Shown here piece by piece: positions 9,292 to 19,180 of a DNA stretch of 54,373 nucleotides. The position numbers and the translations under genes are program-made. This stretch comes from Chthoniobacterales bacterium (lineage in GTDB: Bacteria > Verrucomicrobiota > Verrucomicrobiia > Chthoniobacterales > UBA10450): positions 1 through 54,373 of the forward strand of contig JBJMWW010000079.1 in assembly GCA_045809945.1 (NCBI GenBank), written 5' to 3'. Under the pieces are notes generated by a model. That model was not told the DNA's origin. It searched no databases and was given only the letters and a program-made list of their open reading frames with translations. The first letter of the stretch is position 1. Each line of letters opens with the position of its first letter.

Positions 9292-9362
9292 GTAGAGGAG
9301 ATCCGCCTGGCGGGGCGCTGAGCGCAGGCTCGGTGTTATCCGACCAGGCGATCTTTTTGTAC
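9292..9362 (+). repeat. Intergenic hairpin (REP-like or terminator)
   Basis: GTAGAGGAGATCCGCCTGGCGG...CCGACCAGGCGATCTTTTTGTAC; CGCCTGG/CCAGGCG stem followed by a T-run. Confidence 0.45.
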
Positions 9363-9397
9363 GTGACCGGTGGCTGCTAACGAGTGACGAGTAGCGG

Positions 9398-10438
9398 GTG
9401 GAGCGTTACGACTTTGCGAGCGACAACACCGCGCCGATTTCGCCCCCTGTCTGGGAAGCGCTTGTTGAAGCGAATCGCGACACCGCGCCGTCGTACGGCG
9501 AAGATCGTTGGACGAAACGCGCGCGTCAGTTGGTCCGTGAATTGTTCGAAACCGATTGTGAAGCTTTCTTTGTCTTTAATGGCACCGCCGCCAATGCGCT
9601 GGCTCTCGCGCAGCTTTGCCGACCATTCGATGCTGTCTTTTGTCATGAGCGCGCGCACATCCAAACCGATGAATGCGGCGCACCCGAATTCTTTTCCGCC
9701 GGCGCGAAGCTCGTCACGACCCCCGGCGCAAACGGAAAACTCGATCTCGCTCAAGTCGCGCTCGCGCTGACTCGATTTCCGGATGTTCATTCGTCGAAGC
9801 CGCGCGTGGTCAGCGTGACGCAGGCAACGGAATTCGGGACGGTCTACAAACGCGATGAGCTGGAGCGGATTGCGCAATTCGCGCGTGAGCGCTCGCTCTT
9901 TGTGCATATGGATGGGGCCCGATTCGCGAACGCAATCGCTTCACTCGGTTGCGCGCCGAAATCGATCACATGGGAGATTGGGACCGACGTGCTTTGCTTT
10001 GGCGGCATCAAGAACGGCGGCGCCGTCGGCGAATTGGTCATCTTCTTTAACAAGGAACTTGCGCGTGATTTCGAGTATCGCGTGAAACAGGCGGGCCAGC
10101 TTGCGTCGAAGATGCGCTTCATTGCAGCCGCCTGGGTCGCGCTGCTCGAGAACGCGACCTGGCTGCAAAACGCGCGCCATGCTAACGACGCAGCGAAGTT
10201 GCTCGCTGAAAAGCTGAGCGCGTTGCCCGGCATCGTGTTGAGCTTTCCGACGGAAGCGAACGCCGTGTTCGTCAGATTCGGCAACGCGCTCAGCGAGCAA
10301 TTGCAGAATCGCGGCTGGCGTTTTTTGAAGTTCGTCGAGCCAAACATTTACCGGCTGATGTGCTCATGGGCGACGAGCGAGCAAGTAATCGACGCGTTTG
10401 GCGACGACGTGCGGGAACTCGTCACGCATGTCGATTAA
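9398..10438 (+). CDS. ltaE: Low-specificity L-threonine aldolase
   Basis: YDFASDN, FNGTAANAL, DECGAPEF, HMDGARFANA, CFGGIKNG (PLP lysine), QLASKMRF. Confidence 0.93.
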   Translation: MERYDFASDNTAPISPPVWEALVEANRDTAPSYGEDRWTKRARQLVRELFETDCEAFFVFNGTAANALALAQLCRPFDAVFCHERAHIQTDECGAPEFFSAGAKLVTTPGANGKLDLAQVALALTRFPDVHSSKPRVVSVTQATEFGTVYKRDELERIAQFARERSLFVHMDGARFANAIASLGCAPKSITWEIGTDVLCFGGIKNGGAVGELVIFFNKELARDFEYRVKQAGQLASKMRFIAAAWVALLENATWLQNARHANDAAKLLAEKLSALPGIVLSFPTEANAVFVRFGNALSEQLQNRGWRFLKFVEPNIYRLMCSWATSEQVIDAFGDDVRELVTHVD

Positions 10439-10478
10439 GTGTGGTTGCGAAGGGCTTTCCCACGTATGACGTTTTAGT

Positions 10479-10949
10479 ATGAAACTGGCGGGCAGCGGGC
10501 TTCTGGCAGCGGCGTTCCTCCTCGTCAGTTGTAGCACGACGAAGAAAGCCGCGGTCACCACCTTTCACGTGATCGACGCGCCGGCTAACTACATCCGCCA
10601 TCACCTTGATGAAGGTGATCACCCGACGACGACCACCACGACAACCACGTCTGATGTGACGACTCCCGGCAACCCCGTACCAGTAACGCCGCCGCCGCCG
10701 CGCCGGACAACGACGTCATCGCCGACCACCGCGACGCAGACCACTTCGCCGCGGCCATCGCCACCGCGGTCTCAAGCCGCCGCGCAGCAGCAAACGCAGT
10801 CATTTCCGACAGCCAAGCCAGTGCCGGGCAAACCGGGATTCGTCATCAGCCCCTACGATTCGAACGGCGGATACGTCGATGTGACTGGTTATCCTTCCGG
10901 GAGCAAGGCGAAGGACCCGTACTCTCAGAAGATTTTCATCGTTCCCTAA
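10479..10949 (+). CDS. Lipoprotein with Pro/Thr-rich linker and conserved C-terminal PVPxKPGFVxSPY...KDPYxxKIFxVP domain
   Basis: Lipobox LVSC; C-terminal ~45 aa shared with 39297-39701. Confidence 0.8.
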   Translation: MKLAGSGLLAAAFLLVSCSTTKKAAVTTFHVIDAPANYIRHHLDEGDHPTTTTTTTTSDVTTPGNPVPVTPPPPRRTTTSSPTTATQTTSPRPSPPRSQAAAQQQTQSFPTAKPVPGKPGFVISPYDSNGGYVDVTGYPSGSKAKDPYSQKIFIVP

Positions 10950-11113
10950 ATCGCAGATTCTGCCCTGGCACGATGAGATCGCGCTCGCGCGTGCGAGCGG
11001 ACTAAAAATCCGGACGCGTAACAAACACCGCCGCAATTATTTGTGTGGCGCGTTGGTCGACACGCCTGCTAAAACCGCCAATCCGCGTACAAATCCTGCT
11101 AGCTCGGTCGCCG

Positions 11114-12571
11114 ATGTTTCGCTCCCCCAGAACGAGCACACGGTTGGCTGCGCTTTGCGTCCTCTTCGCGGCTTTCAACACCTCTGGCTATGTACTTGAA
11201 GGCCCACGCTGGGCCGCCGGTACTAATCTCGTTCTTCAGCTCAGTCTCGGCGTGCCAGCGACTCCGCTCCAGGACGGCAGCACGTCGTGGAACGAAGCAG
11301 TCGCGCCGGTCGCTGACATGTGGAACGCGGTACTCGGCAGCATTCATATCAGCAATGCGATGAACTCGTCGGTCGTCCCGAACAGCAACGATCGGCAGTA
11401 CTCGGTGGCGTTCGGCACTACCGCCTTCGGCCAGAGATTCGGCAGCAGCACGCTCGCCATTACGCTCTACACCTACTCCCACAGTTCGATGATTGAGGCG
11501 GACACAACCTTCAACATCTTGCAGAAGTTTGACTCATATCGTGGCCCACTCCAGTTCCTGGCGCACGGACCGGCGAATGCGGACATCCGGCGCGTTTTTT
11601 TACACGAGCTCGGTCACGGCCTTGGTTTGAACCATCCCGATGGCGCCGGACAAAATGTTGCGTCTGTGATGAATTCTGTCGTTGGCAATCAGGAGACGCT
11701 GAGTGCAGACGACATCGCCGGCGGCCAGGCTTTGTACGGCGCGCCAATCAGCCAACCCCCACCGACACCAACACCGCAGCCGACCGCGACACCAACTCCG
11801 TCTGGTGGTGCGAGTCATCTCGTGAATATTTCAACCCGCATGCGTGTGGGCACGAAGGACAACGTGCTGATCGGCGGTTTCATCATCAAAGGTACGCAAT
11901 CTAAAACCGTGATCGTTCGCGCGATTGGGCCATCCCTCGGCGTCCCCGGCCAGTTAGACGATCCGTATCTCGAGCTGCATGACTCGAGCGGCAGCGGTGT
12001 GGCGTCTAACGACGATTGGCAATCCGGCACGCAGGTGAACGGATTAGTCGCCAGCGGCGTCGCGCCATCGCAGGCGAAAGAAGCAGCGATGATTGTGACG
12101 CTCAAGCCCGGCAGCTACACCGCCATTGTCAGCGGCTACGGGAACGCGGGCGGGGTTGCGCTTGTTGAAGTCTACGAATACGACAACAACGCATCGCGAT
12201 TGGTGAACATCTCGACGCGCGGCGTCATTGGCACCGGTGATCAAGCATTGATCGGTGGACTAATCGTGCAGGGTGGCTCGAAAAACGTCATCCTGCGCGC
12301 AGTCGGTCCCTCGCTCGCTGCCACAACGAGCGGCGCCCTCGCGGATCCCACGCTCGAACTGCGAGATGGCGCCGGCAATCTGATTTCGTCGAACGACAAC
12401 TACACGCAAAGTGCGCAGTACTCCCAGATTCTCGCCAGCGGCGTTGCGCCGAGCGATGCGCGAGAATCGGCGATTCGCGCGACTCTCGCGCCGGGCAATT
12501 ACACCGCCGTCGTTCGTGGCGCGAACAAGACGACCGGGGTCGGCATGGTCGAGGTGTTCGACCTCGATTGA
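11114..12571 (+). CDS. Secreted matrixin-like (metzincin) metallopeptidase with two C-terminal LVNISTR repeats
   Basis: HELGHGLGLNH, Met-turn SVMN, PT-rich linker, two repeats LVNISTR...LIGG...GPSL...DPxLELxD...SND...PGxYTA...VEV[YF]. Confidence 0.85.
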   Translation: MFRSPRTSTRLAALCVLFAAFNTSGYVLEGPRWAAGTNLVLQLSLGVPATPLQDGSTSWNEAVAPVADMWNAVLGSIHISNAMNSSVVPNSNDRQYSVAFGTTAFGQRFGSSTLAITLYTYSHSSMIEADTTFNILQKFDSYRGPLQFLAHGPANADIRRVFLHELGHGLGLNHPDGAGQNVASVMNSVVGNQETLSADDIAGGQALYGAPISQPPPTPTPQPTATPTPSGGASHLVNISTRMRVGTKDNVLIGGFIIKGTQSKTVIVRAIGPSLGVPGQLDDPYLELHDSSGSGVASNDDWQSGTQVNGLVASGVAPSQAKEAAMIVTLKPGSYTAIVSGYGNAGGVALVEVYEYDNNASRLVNISTRGVIGTGDQALIGGLIVQGGSKNVILRAVGPSLAATTSGALADPTLELRDGAGNLISSNDNYTQSAQYSQILASGVAPSDARESAIRATLAPGNYTAVVRGANKTTGVGMVEVFDLD

Positions 12572-12674
12572 TCGGCGAGTTCGGTAGTGGAATTTTCGCG
12601 AAACTCGTGCCAAGTTCGGCGGTTGAATTCCGGACCGTCCGCGCTAGTCTAGCCGCCCTCGTTTCCCTCAAAAC

Positions 12675-13244
12675 ATGAAACCACTTCGTTCCCTCCTCAC
12701 AATCGCCGCGGCGACTCTCATTTCCGCCAGCGCGATGGCCACAACGGTCATCCCGCCGACATGGGACCAGCTCGTCGGCGAAGCACAGCTCATCTTCCAA
12801 GGCACCGTCACCGACGTGCAGTCCCGCTGGGAAGGTGAAGGCAAGAATCACCACATCCAGACTTACGTCACGTTCAAGGTCGACGATCAGATCAAAGGCA
12901 AGGCCGGCAACAGCTACACGATCAGCATGCTTGGCGGCACGGTTGGCGAGCAGACGATGGAAGTGAGCGACGGGCCGAAATTCAAAACTGGCGATCGGGA
13001 CATTCTTTTTGTAGAAAACAACGGCAGCCAATTCATTCCCCTCGTTGGAATCATGCATGGGCGCTTTCGTGTTCAGCGTGACTCCGCCGGCAACGAATTC
13101 ATCGCGACGCATGACGGCGCGCCTTTGACAGATCTGACGCAGCTCGGGCATGAGGAAGCGGCAGCGAAAGCAGTGGGCGCTCCGATTACTCCGCAGAATT
13201 TCAAGTCGACCGTTCGCACGACGCTAGCACGTCTTCCGCAATAA
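12675..13244 (+). CDS. Secreted hypothetical protein between the two matrixins
   Basis: Signal peptide ending AMA-T; TTVIPPTWDQLVGEAQLIFQGTV...LGGTVG...PKFKTGDRDILFV...VGIMHGRF. Confidence 0.8.
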   Translation: MKPLRSLLTIAAATLISASAMATTVIPPTWDQLVGEAQLIFQGTVTDVQSRWEGEGKNHHIQTYVTFKVDDQIKGKAGNSYTISMLGGTVGEQTMEVSDGPKFKTGDRDILFVENNGSQFIPLVGIMHGRFRVQRDSAGNEFIATHDGAPLTDLTQLGHEEAAAKAVGAPITPQNFKSTVRTTLARLPQ

Positions 13245-13245
13245 C

Positions 13246-14748
13246 GTGACGCGCCAATTCGGCCGGTTAGCAGCGATGATGCTCGCTGCATTTGGATTTC
13301 TCGCCTGCTCGTCAGCAGAGGCATACGTCTTTTTCAGCACGAGCAACCCGCATTGGATGCAGCCGTCGCTGACTTTTCACCTGCAATTCCCGCCGCCGGC
13401 ATTCCCGTTAACGGACGGCAGTCTGACCTATTACCGCTCGTTCGAAAACGCGCTGCAACTCTGGAACGAGCAGCTCGGCAACTTCCAGTTTGCATGGGCC
13501 GAGGATGGGGACCCGCACAATCTCGGTGGCGGGGGAACTACCGAGGCGTCGATGGCGACCAACGCCTATAACTACACCTTCGGGAACAACACACTGGCGG
13601 TGACGTTCGTTAACTACGACGGCGCCCAAATGCAGGAATGCGACATTGTGTTCAACGTCAATAAGTGGACCTTCGATTCCTTCTTCGGCTTGAAAGGAAG
13701 GGCGATTGATCCGAATTCGCTCCCCATTCAGGATTTTCACCGAATTGCTCTGCATGAGCTTGGTCACGCGCTCGGGTTGGACCATCCCGACCAAAATCAC
13801 GACGATGTTCACTATGTCGCGCCGCGGCCTCCGCCTCCTGCGATCATGAACTCCACCGAGACGAAGTTTGATGTGCTGCAAGATGACGATATTGCCGGCA
13901 TCCGCGCGCTCTACGGCACGCCGGCAAATGCGCCGGCGCCGCAAGGCAATGGCCATGTAGCAAACATTTCCACACGCGTGCAGGTCGGGACCGACGCGCA
14001 TGTTATGATCGGCGGATTTATCGTGCAGAACGCATCGAAACCGGTGCTCGTTCGCGCGCTCGGTCCGTCGCTCACCGCGAGCGGTGTTGCCGGTGTGCTG
14101 CCCGATCCAGTTCTCGAGCTTCACGACGGCAACGGCGCAAACATCGCGACGAATAACGACTGGAAAGACGATCCCGCGCAGGCGCAGCAAATTTCAGCGA
14201 CAGGCATCGCGCCGCCGGACGACCGCGAATCCGCAATTTATGCCACGCTGACGCCGGGCAATTACACTGCAATTGTGAGCGGGCACAACGGCACGAGTGG
14301 CGTTGGTCTCGTAGAAGTTTACGATTTCGCCCAGTCGACCGGGAAGCTGGCGAACATCTCTACACGTGCCGTCGTCGGCACGGACGAGAACGTACTGATC
14401 GGCGGATTTATCGTTACCGGACCGCAGTGGGTACGCACGCTCGTTCGCGGGATTGGGCCTTCCCTTCGCAGTTCGATTCCCGACGCGCTCGGCGATCCGA
14501 CACTCGAGCTCCACGACGCTAATGGCGGCGTAATCGCGAGCAATGATGACTGGCAGGACACCGACACGTCGACGCAACTCATCATCGAGAATACTGGCAT
14601 CCCGCCAAAGGATCCGAAGGAGTCGGCGATCTACACCTCACTCCAACCGGGAAAGTTCACCGCGGTCGTTCGCGGCAAAAACAATTCAACCGGTGTCGGC
14701 CTTGTCGAAGTCTACGATCTCGGACCGCTGCCCGGCGGCGGTCAGTAA
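13246..14748 (+). CDS. Second matrixin-like metallopeptidase with two NISTR repeats
   Basis: HELGHALGLDH, Met-turn AIMN, VANISTR and LANISTR repeats. Confidence 0.85.
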   Translation: MTRQFGRLAAMMLAAFGFLACSSAEAYVFFSTSNPHWMQPSLTFHLQFPPPAFPLTDGSLTYYRSFENALQLWNEQLGNFQFAWAEDGDPHNLGGGGTTEASMATNAYNYTFGNNTLAVTFVNYDGAQMQECDIVFNVNKWTFDSFFGLKGRAIDPNSLPIQDFHRIALHELGHALGLDHPDQNHDDVHYVAPRPPPPAIMNSTETKFDVLQDDDIAGIRALYGTPANAPAPQGNGHVANISTRVQVGTDAHVMIGGFIVQNASKPVLVRALGPSLTASGVAGVLPDPVLELHDGNGANIATNNDWKDDPAQAQQISATGIAPPDDRESAIYATLTPGNYTAIVSGHNGTSGVGLVEVYDFAQSTGKLANISTRAVVGTDENVLIGGFIVTGPQWVRTLVRGIGPSLRSSIPDALGDPTLELHDANGGVIASNDDWQDTDTSTQLIIENTGIPPKDPKESAIYTSLQPGKFTAVVRGKNNSTGVGLVEVYDLGPLPGGGQ

Positions 14749-14945
14749 TTGTTGTTGCTGGCGCGCTCGCGCAGCACTTCGCGTTTCACTTCCGCAGCGC
14801 GATCAAGCGAGTGTTTCGCCCAATCGTGCTCGCTGACAGCTGATACTTTTGCCGGTTGGGCAGGCGCAGCCTGTTCGCTGCGCCTTTGGAGAATGAACGC
14901 CGCACTGAGCCCGACGATCAGAACAACAACGAGCAGGGCTTTCAT
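14742..14945 (-). CDS. 67-aa small membrane-anchored hypothetical protein
   Basis: MKALLVVVLIVGLSAAFILQRR...EHDWAKHSLDRAAEVKREV; fills the gap between flanking genes. The ORF-track extension to 15509 is antisense to dsbD. Confidence 0.6.
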   Translation of the reverse strand: MKALLVVVLIVGLSAAFILQRRSEQAAPAQPAKVSAVSEHDWAKHSLDRAAEVKREVLRERASNNNY

Positions 14946-14972
14946 GCCCCTTCTAGCAGCAATCATCAGGCC

Positions 14973-17093
14973 ATGGTAAATCTCCGCGTGACTCGCTGGG
15001 CACCGATCGTCCTGCTCGCCTTGACGAGTTTTGCCTCGGCGCAGAACTACCACGGTCGCGAGCTCGTCCACGCCGAGTTGGTCGCAGACACGAACGCGAT
15101 CGTCGCCGGAAAACCGCTCACAGTTGGTCTGTTGCTGCGCATGGTTCCGGCTTGGCACACGTACTGGCGCTACTCGGGCGACGCCGGCCTTCCGACCGAA
15201 ATCAAATGGGATCTGCCGGCCGGCTGGAAAGCGGGTGAGATCCAATGGCCGCTGCCGCACAAGATGCTCGATCCCGGCGATATCCTGACCTACGGCTATG
15301 CCGACGAAGTTTTGCTCCTGCAGGAGATCACGCCGCCGCCAAACATCGCGCAGCAGTCGATCACATTGAATGCTGAGGCCAGCTGGTTGGTTTGCGAAAA
15401 GCTCTGCATCCCCGGAAGCGCGAAGCTGCAGCTCACGTTGCCTGTCGGCACGCAAGCGTCCCCCGCGAATGAGCAACTCTTCACGCGTTATCGCAACCAG
15501 CTGCCGCAACCGTGGCCGGCAGGGAACATCGCGCAGACGTCATGGAGCCGGACCGGCTCCGATGTTGTGCTCACGATTAATAGCGCGACGCTTGCTAATT
15601 ATTCGGCGGTCGACTTTTTCCCGCTGCCCGAACCGAATGTCGTCATCGGTCATCCGGCGGTAGAGCGCGGAAGCGGGCGCGTCACCGTTCGCATTCCGGT
15701 CGAGAGCGCGAATGTCTCAAAGCTCAACGGCGTCGTTGTCTTCGGCGCAGAAGAAAATTCTGCTGCGCGTAACGGCTGGATGCTGGACTCGACGGCCGCA
15801 GTTGCCCCGGGCACGGGCGCGGCGACTCCGATCGCCGGCGGCCTCGCGAAGTTCCTGCTCTTCGGTTTCATCGGCGGCTTCATTTTGAATCTGATGCCGT
15901 GCGTGTTGCCGGTGATCTCGCTCAAGATTTTCGGCTTCATCCAGCAAGCCGGACAAAGTCGCCGCAAGATTTTTCGCAGCGGTGCCGCTTTCGTCGGCGG
16001 CATTTTCGCCTGGTTCGCTGCGCTTGCGCTGCTGCTAATAGGACTGAAAAACGCCGGTCACGAGATCACCTGGGGCGCCTTTCAATTCTCCAGCGTCGGA
16101 TTTCTGCTTGGGATGAGCGTGATGGTGCTCGTCTTCGCATTGAACTTGTTCGGCGTCTTTGAAATCACGCTGCCGCAGCGCGCGAGCCGCGGTGCATTCG
16201 CACTTGGCGAGCGGGAAGGCTACGCCGGTTCATTTTTCCAAGGTGCCTTCGCAACGGTCCTCGCCACGCCTTGCACCGCGCCATTTCTGGGTAGCGCGAT
16301 TGGCTTCGCCTTCACTCAACCGTCGTTCGTGATCTTCATCATGTTCATGGCTGTCGCCGGGGGAATGGGTCTTCCATATCTGCTCCTCGCGGCGGAGCCG
16401 CGCTGGCTGGCTTTCCTGCCCAAACCCGGAGCGTGGATGGAGCACATCAAACAATTCATGGGTTTTCTGCTCCTCGGCACGCTGCTTTTTTTACTTTGGG
16501 TGCTCGGCGCTGAGCGCGGCGTCGACGCAGTCATTTGGGCGAGCTGTTTTCTCCTCTCGGTAAGCGTTGTTTGCTGGATTCGCGGCACTTTCGTCACTCC
16601 GGTCGCTTCGATGCGCACGCGAGCCGTTGCGGTGGCGTTCATGGTCCTCGTCGCCGGCCTGAGCGGTTGGTATTTCATCGGCAAGAAGTTCCCGAGCGCC
16701 CGCGTCGCGGCCGCTGCGCAACCGACCGGCGACTGGCAGCCGTTCACCCCCGAGCGTGTGGTCAGTGAACAAGCGCGCGGCAATTCGGTCTTCGTCGATT
16801 TCACCGCGGCTTGGTGTCTCTCGTGCAAATTCAACGAAGCGACCGTTCTCGAGACCGCCGCAGTGCGTGATGCCTTTCAGCGCGCCGGGGTTGTGAAACT
16901 GAAAGCCGATTGGACCAATGCCGACCCGGCGATCACAAAAATCTTGAAACAATTCGGGCGACCGGGTGTCCCACTCTACGTGCTGTATCCGGCTGGAGCC
17001 GACAAACAGCCGATTGTGTTCCCTGAATTGCTCACGAAAACCATGGTGCTCGAAAAACTCCAATCGCTGCAGCCGAACGTTGCAGCGCAATAA
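14973..17093 (+). CDS. dsbD: Thiol:disulfide interchange protein, DsbD family
   Basis: N-domain WHTYW...VCEKLC; TM domain LNLMPCVLP and ATPCTAPF; thioredoxin domain FTAAWCLSCK. The start may be GTG 14988. Confidence 0.9.
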   Translation: MVNLRVTRWAPIVLLALTSFASAQNYHGRELVHAELVADTNAIVAGKPLTVGLLLRMVPAWHTYWRYSGDAGLPTEIKWDLPAGWKAGEIQWPLPHKMLDPGDILTYGYADEVLLLQEITPPPNIAQQSITLNAEASWLVCEKLCIPGSAKLQLTLPVGTQASPANEQLFTRYRNQLPQPWPAGNIAQTSWSRTGSDVVLTINSATLANYSAVDFFPLPEPNVVIGHPAVERGSGRVTVRIPVESANVSKLNGVVVFGAEENSAARNGWMLDSTAAVAPGTGAATPIAGGLAKFLLFGFIGGFILNLMPCVLPVISLKIFGFIQQAGQSRRKIFRSGAAFVGGIFAWFAALALLLIGLKNAGHEITWGAFQFSSVGFLLGMSVMVLVFALNLFGVFEITLPQRASRGAFALGEREGYAGSFFQGAFATVLATPCTAPFLGSAIGFAFTQPSFVIFIMFMAVAGGMGLPYLLLAAEPRWLAFLPKPGAWMEHIKQFMGFLLLGTLLFLLWVLGAERGVDAVIWASCFLLSVSVVCWIRGTFVTPVASMRTRAVAVAFMVLVAGLSGWYFIGKKFPSARVAAAAQPTGDWQPFTPERVVSEQARGNSVFVDFTAAWCLSCKFNEATVLETAAVRDAFQRAGVVKLKADWTNADPAITKILKQFGRPGVPLYVLYPAGADKQPIVFPELLTKTMVLEKLQSLQPNVAAQ

Positions 17094-17096
17094 TTT

Positions 17097-17705
17097 ATGA
17101 AAACAAAACTCGCATTACTCACTTCATTCCTCGCGGCCGCTTGCGTTTTCGCCGAGCCGCCCCCGGTTGGTAGCGCCGCGCCGGAGTTCTCCGCGCCGGA
17201 TTCGAAGGGCAAGACGCATTCACTTTCGGAATACAAAGGCAAATACGTCGTGCTCGAGTGGTTTAATCCCGAATGCCCGTTCGTGAAAAAGCATTACGGG
17301 AGCGGCAACATGCAAAAACTGCAGCAGGAATACACGAGCAAAGGCGTGGTCTGGCTGACGATCGATTCGTCGGCTGAAGGGCTTGAAGGTTACCTCGCGC
17401 CGGAGCAGGCGGAGAAAATCAGGAGCAGCTGGAACACGCATCAAACTGCGTTGCTTATCGATAACGATGGGAAAATCGGTCAGCTCTATGGCGCGAAAAA
17501 CACGCCGGACATGATTGTCATTAACCCCGAAGGGAAAATCGTTTACGAGGGTGCGATCGACAACAAGGCCACGCCGAATCCCGCCGACATTCCGAACTCA
17601 ACCAACTACGTGAAGGTTGCGCTCGACGAAACGATGAGCGGCAAACCGGTCTCGACGCCGACCTCGCGTCCCTACGGCTGCTCAGTCAAATACAAGAAGA
17701 GCTAG
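17097..17705 (+). CDS. Exported redoxin (AhpC/TSA thioredoxin-fold), likely DsbD partner
   Basis: VVLEWFNPECPFVKKHY...YGAKNTP...YEGAID...PYGCSVKY. Confidence 0.88.
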   Translation: MKTKLALLTSFLAAACVFAEPPPVGSAAPEFSAPDSKGKTHSLSEYKGKYVVLEWFNPECPFVKKHYGSGNMQKLQQEYTSKGVVWLTIDSSAEGLEGYLAPEQAEKIRSSWNTHQTALLIDNDGKIGQLYGAKNTPDMIVINPEGKIVYEGAIDNKATPNPADIPNSTNYVKVALDETMSGKPVSTPTSRPYGCSVKYKKS

Positions 17706-18505
17706 TCGACTTCCTTCGCACTTCCGAAGAGCCGCAATAGCGGCATCGGCGTCACTCGCACGATCGCCATCCCGAGCTTCATCACGACCCCGGGGATGAC
17801 GAGCGGTCGGTCGCGCTCGACTGCTTTGAGCGCGGCGCGTACGACTGCTTTCGCAGAGACGTGTGTGAATTCCGGGGCGATTCTAGCTTTCGTATGCGGT
17901 CGGTGTGCCGTCTCGCCGAACTCGGTGTGGACGGGACCTGGACAAAGCGTCGTCACGCTAACGCCGCTGTCGCGCAACTCCATGCGGAGCGCTTCCGAAA
18001 AGCTCGTCACGTAAGCTTTCGTCGCACTATAGACCGCCATTCCGGCGATCGGCAGAAAGCCGGCGGACGAGCTGACATTCACGATCGCGCCGCGCTTCCG
18101 CGCGACCATTCCCGGCAGCAGGCGGTGAGTGAGGGTGGTGAGCGCAGTAATGTTTACCGCGATGATCTGCTCGACACGCGCAGCATCGCTCGTCGCGACC
18201 GAGCCGTAATCTCCCACACCCGCGTTGTTAATCAGTAGGTCGATTGCGATCTGCTCACGGGCGAGGAAATCGCAAAGCGCGTGGATCTGTTCGATGCGCG
18301 AGAGATCTGCCGGACAGACAACGACGTTGAGATTCGCATCGCGCTTCGTCAGCTCAGCACGAATCTGCTGCAGCCGATCTTCGCGGCGCGCGACCAGCAC
18401 GAGCGCGCCGGCTTGGGTTGCAAGCTGTCGCGCGAATTCTCGTCCGATGCCGGCCGACGCGCCGGTGATCAGCGCAGTACAGCCGTCGAGTGCGAATCGA
18501 CTCAT
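17702..18505 (-). CDS. Short-chain dehydrogenase/reductase
   Basis: TGASAGIG, NNAG, YSATK. Confidence 0.93.
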   Translation of the reverse strand: MSRFALDGCTALITGASAGIGREFARQLATQAGALVLVARREDRLQQIRAELTKRDANLNVVVCPADLSRIEQIHALCDFLAREQIAIDLLINNAGVGDYGSVATSDAARVEQIIAVNITALTTLTHRLLPGMVARKRGAIVNVSSSAGFLPIAGMAVYSATKAYVTSFSEALRMELRDSGVSVTTLCPGPVHTEFGETAHRPHTKARIAPEFTHVSAKAVVRAALKAVERDRPLVIPGVVMKLGMAIVRVTPMPLLRLFGSAKEVD

Positions 18506-19131
18506 CCCTGGCGAAGAATCGGCTCGAGCACGCGCCAGACGGTATCGGCAATGATGTGGTGTCCCGCAGCCGTCGGATGAATCATGTCCGGCTGATTCAA
18601 ATCGCGAATCCCGCCGACGTTTTCGAGCAGAAACGGAATCAGCGTCGCGTGCGTTTCGCCAGCGAGATCATCGAAGGCACGTTTGAAACTCGCGGAGTAT
18701 TCGATGCCGACATTCGGCGGAATTCGCATCCCGGCGATGACGATTTTTGCCTCCGGATTTTTCGCGCGGACTTTCGCGATGATCGTCCGCAGGTTCGATT
18801 TCATCGCTTCGATCGGCAAACCGCGCAGCCCGTCGTTGCCGCCAAGCTCGACGACGAGCACATCGATTTTGTTCTGGAGCAGCCAATCGATTCGGCGGAG
18901 TCCGCCGGCGGTCGTGTCGCCGCTGACGCCGGCGTTTTCGACATGATAGGGCAGGTGCTGCTCTGCGATTTTCTTTTCGATCAACGCGGGGAAAGCATCG
19001 TCGGGATCAATGCCGTAACCGGCAGTCAGGCTGTCGCCGAGAAAGACGACATTTTTTTCCGTTTGCGCCACCGCATTTGCAGCGATCAGCGCAAGCGCGA
19101 TGACGATGAAAGCAACCCTCAAATTTCCCAT
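18502..19131 (-). CDS. tesA: Periplasmic GDSL arylesterase / acyl-CoA thioesterase I
   Basis: GDSLTAG, NAGVSGDTT, ELGGNDGLRG, DMIHP; divergent from ybbA/ybbP. Confidence 0.9.
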   Translation of the reverse strand: MGNLRVAFIVIALALIAANAVAQTEKNVVFLGDSLTAGYGIDPDDAFPALIEKKIAEQHLPYHVENAGVSGDTTAGGLRRIDWLLQNKIDVLVVELGGNDGLRGLPIEAMKSNLRTIIAKVRAKNPEAKIVIAGMRIPPNVGIEYSASFKRAFDDLAGETHATLIPFLLENVGGIRDLNQPDMIHPTAAGHHIIADTVWRVLEPILRQG

Positions 19132-19180
19132 GCGCGGTGAATAATGTTCGCGTAAGCAACTCGACCCGCGCGGCACGTCA

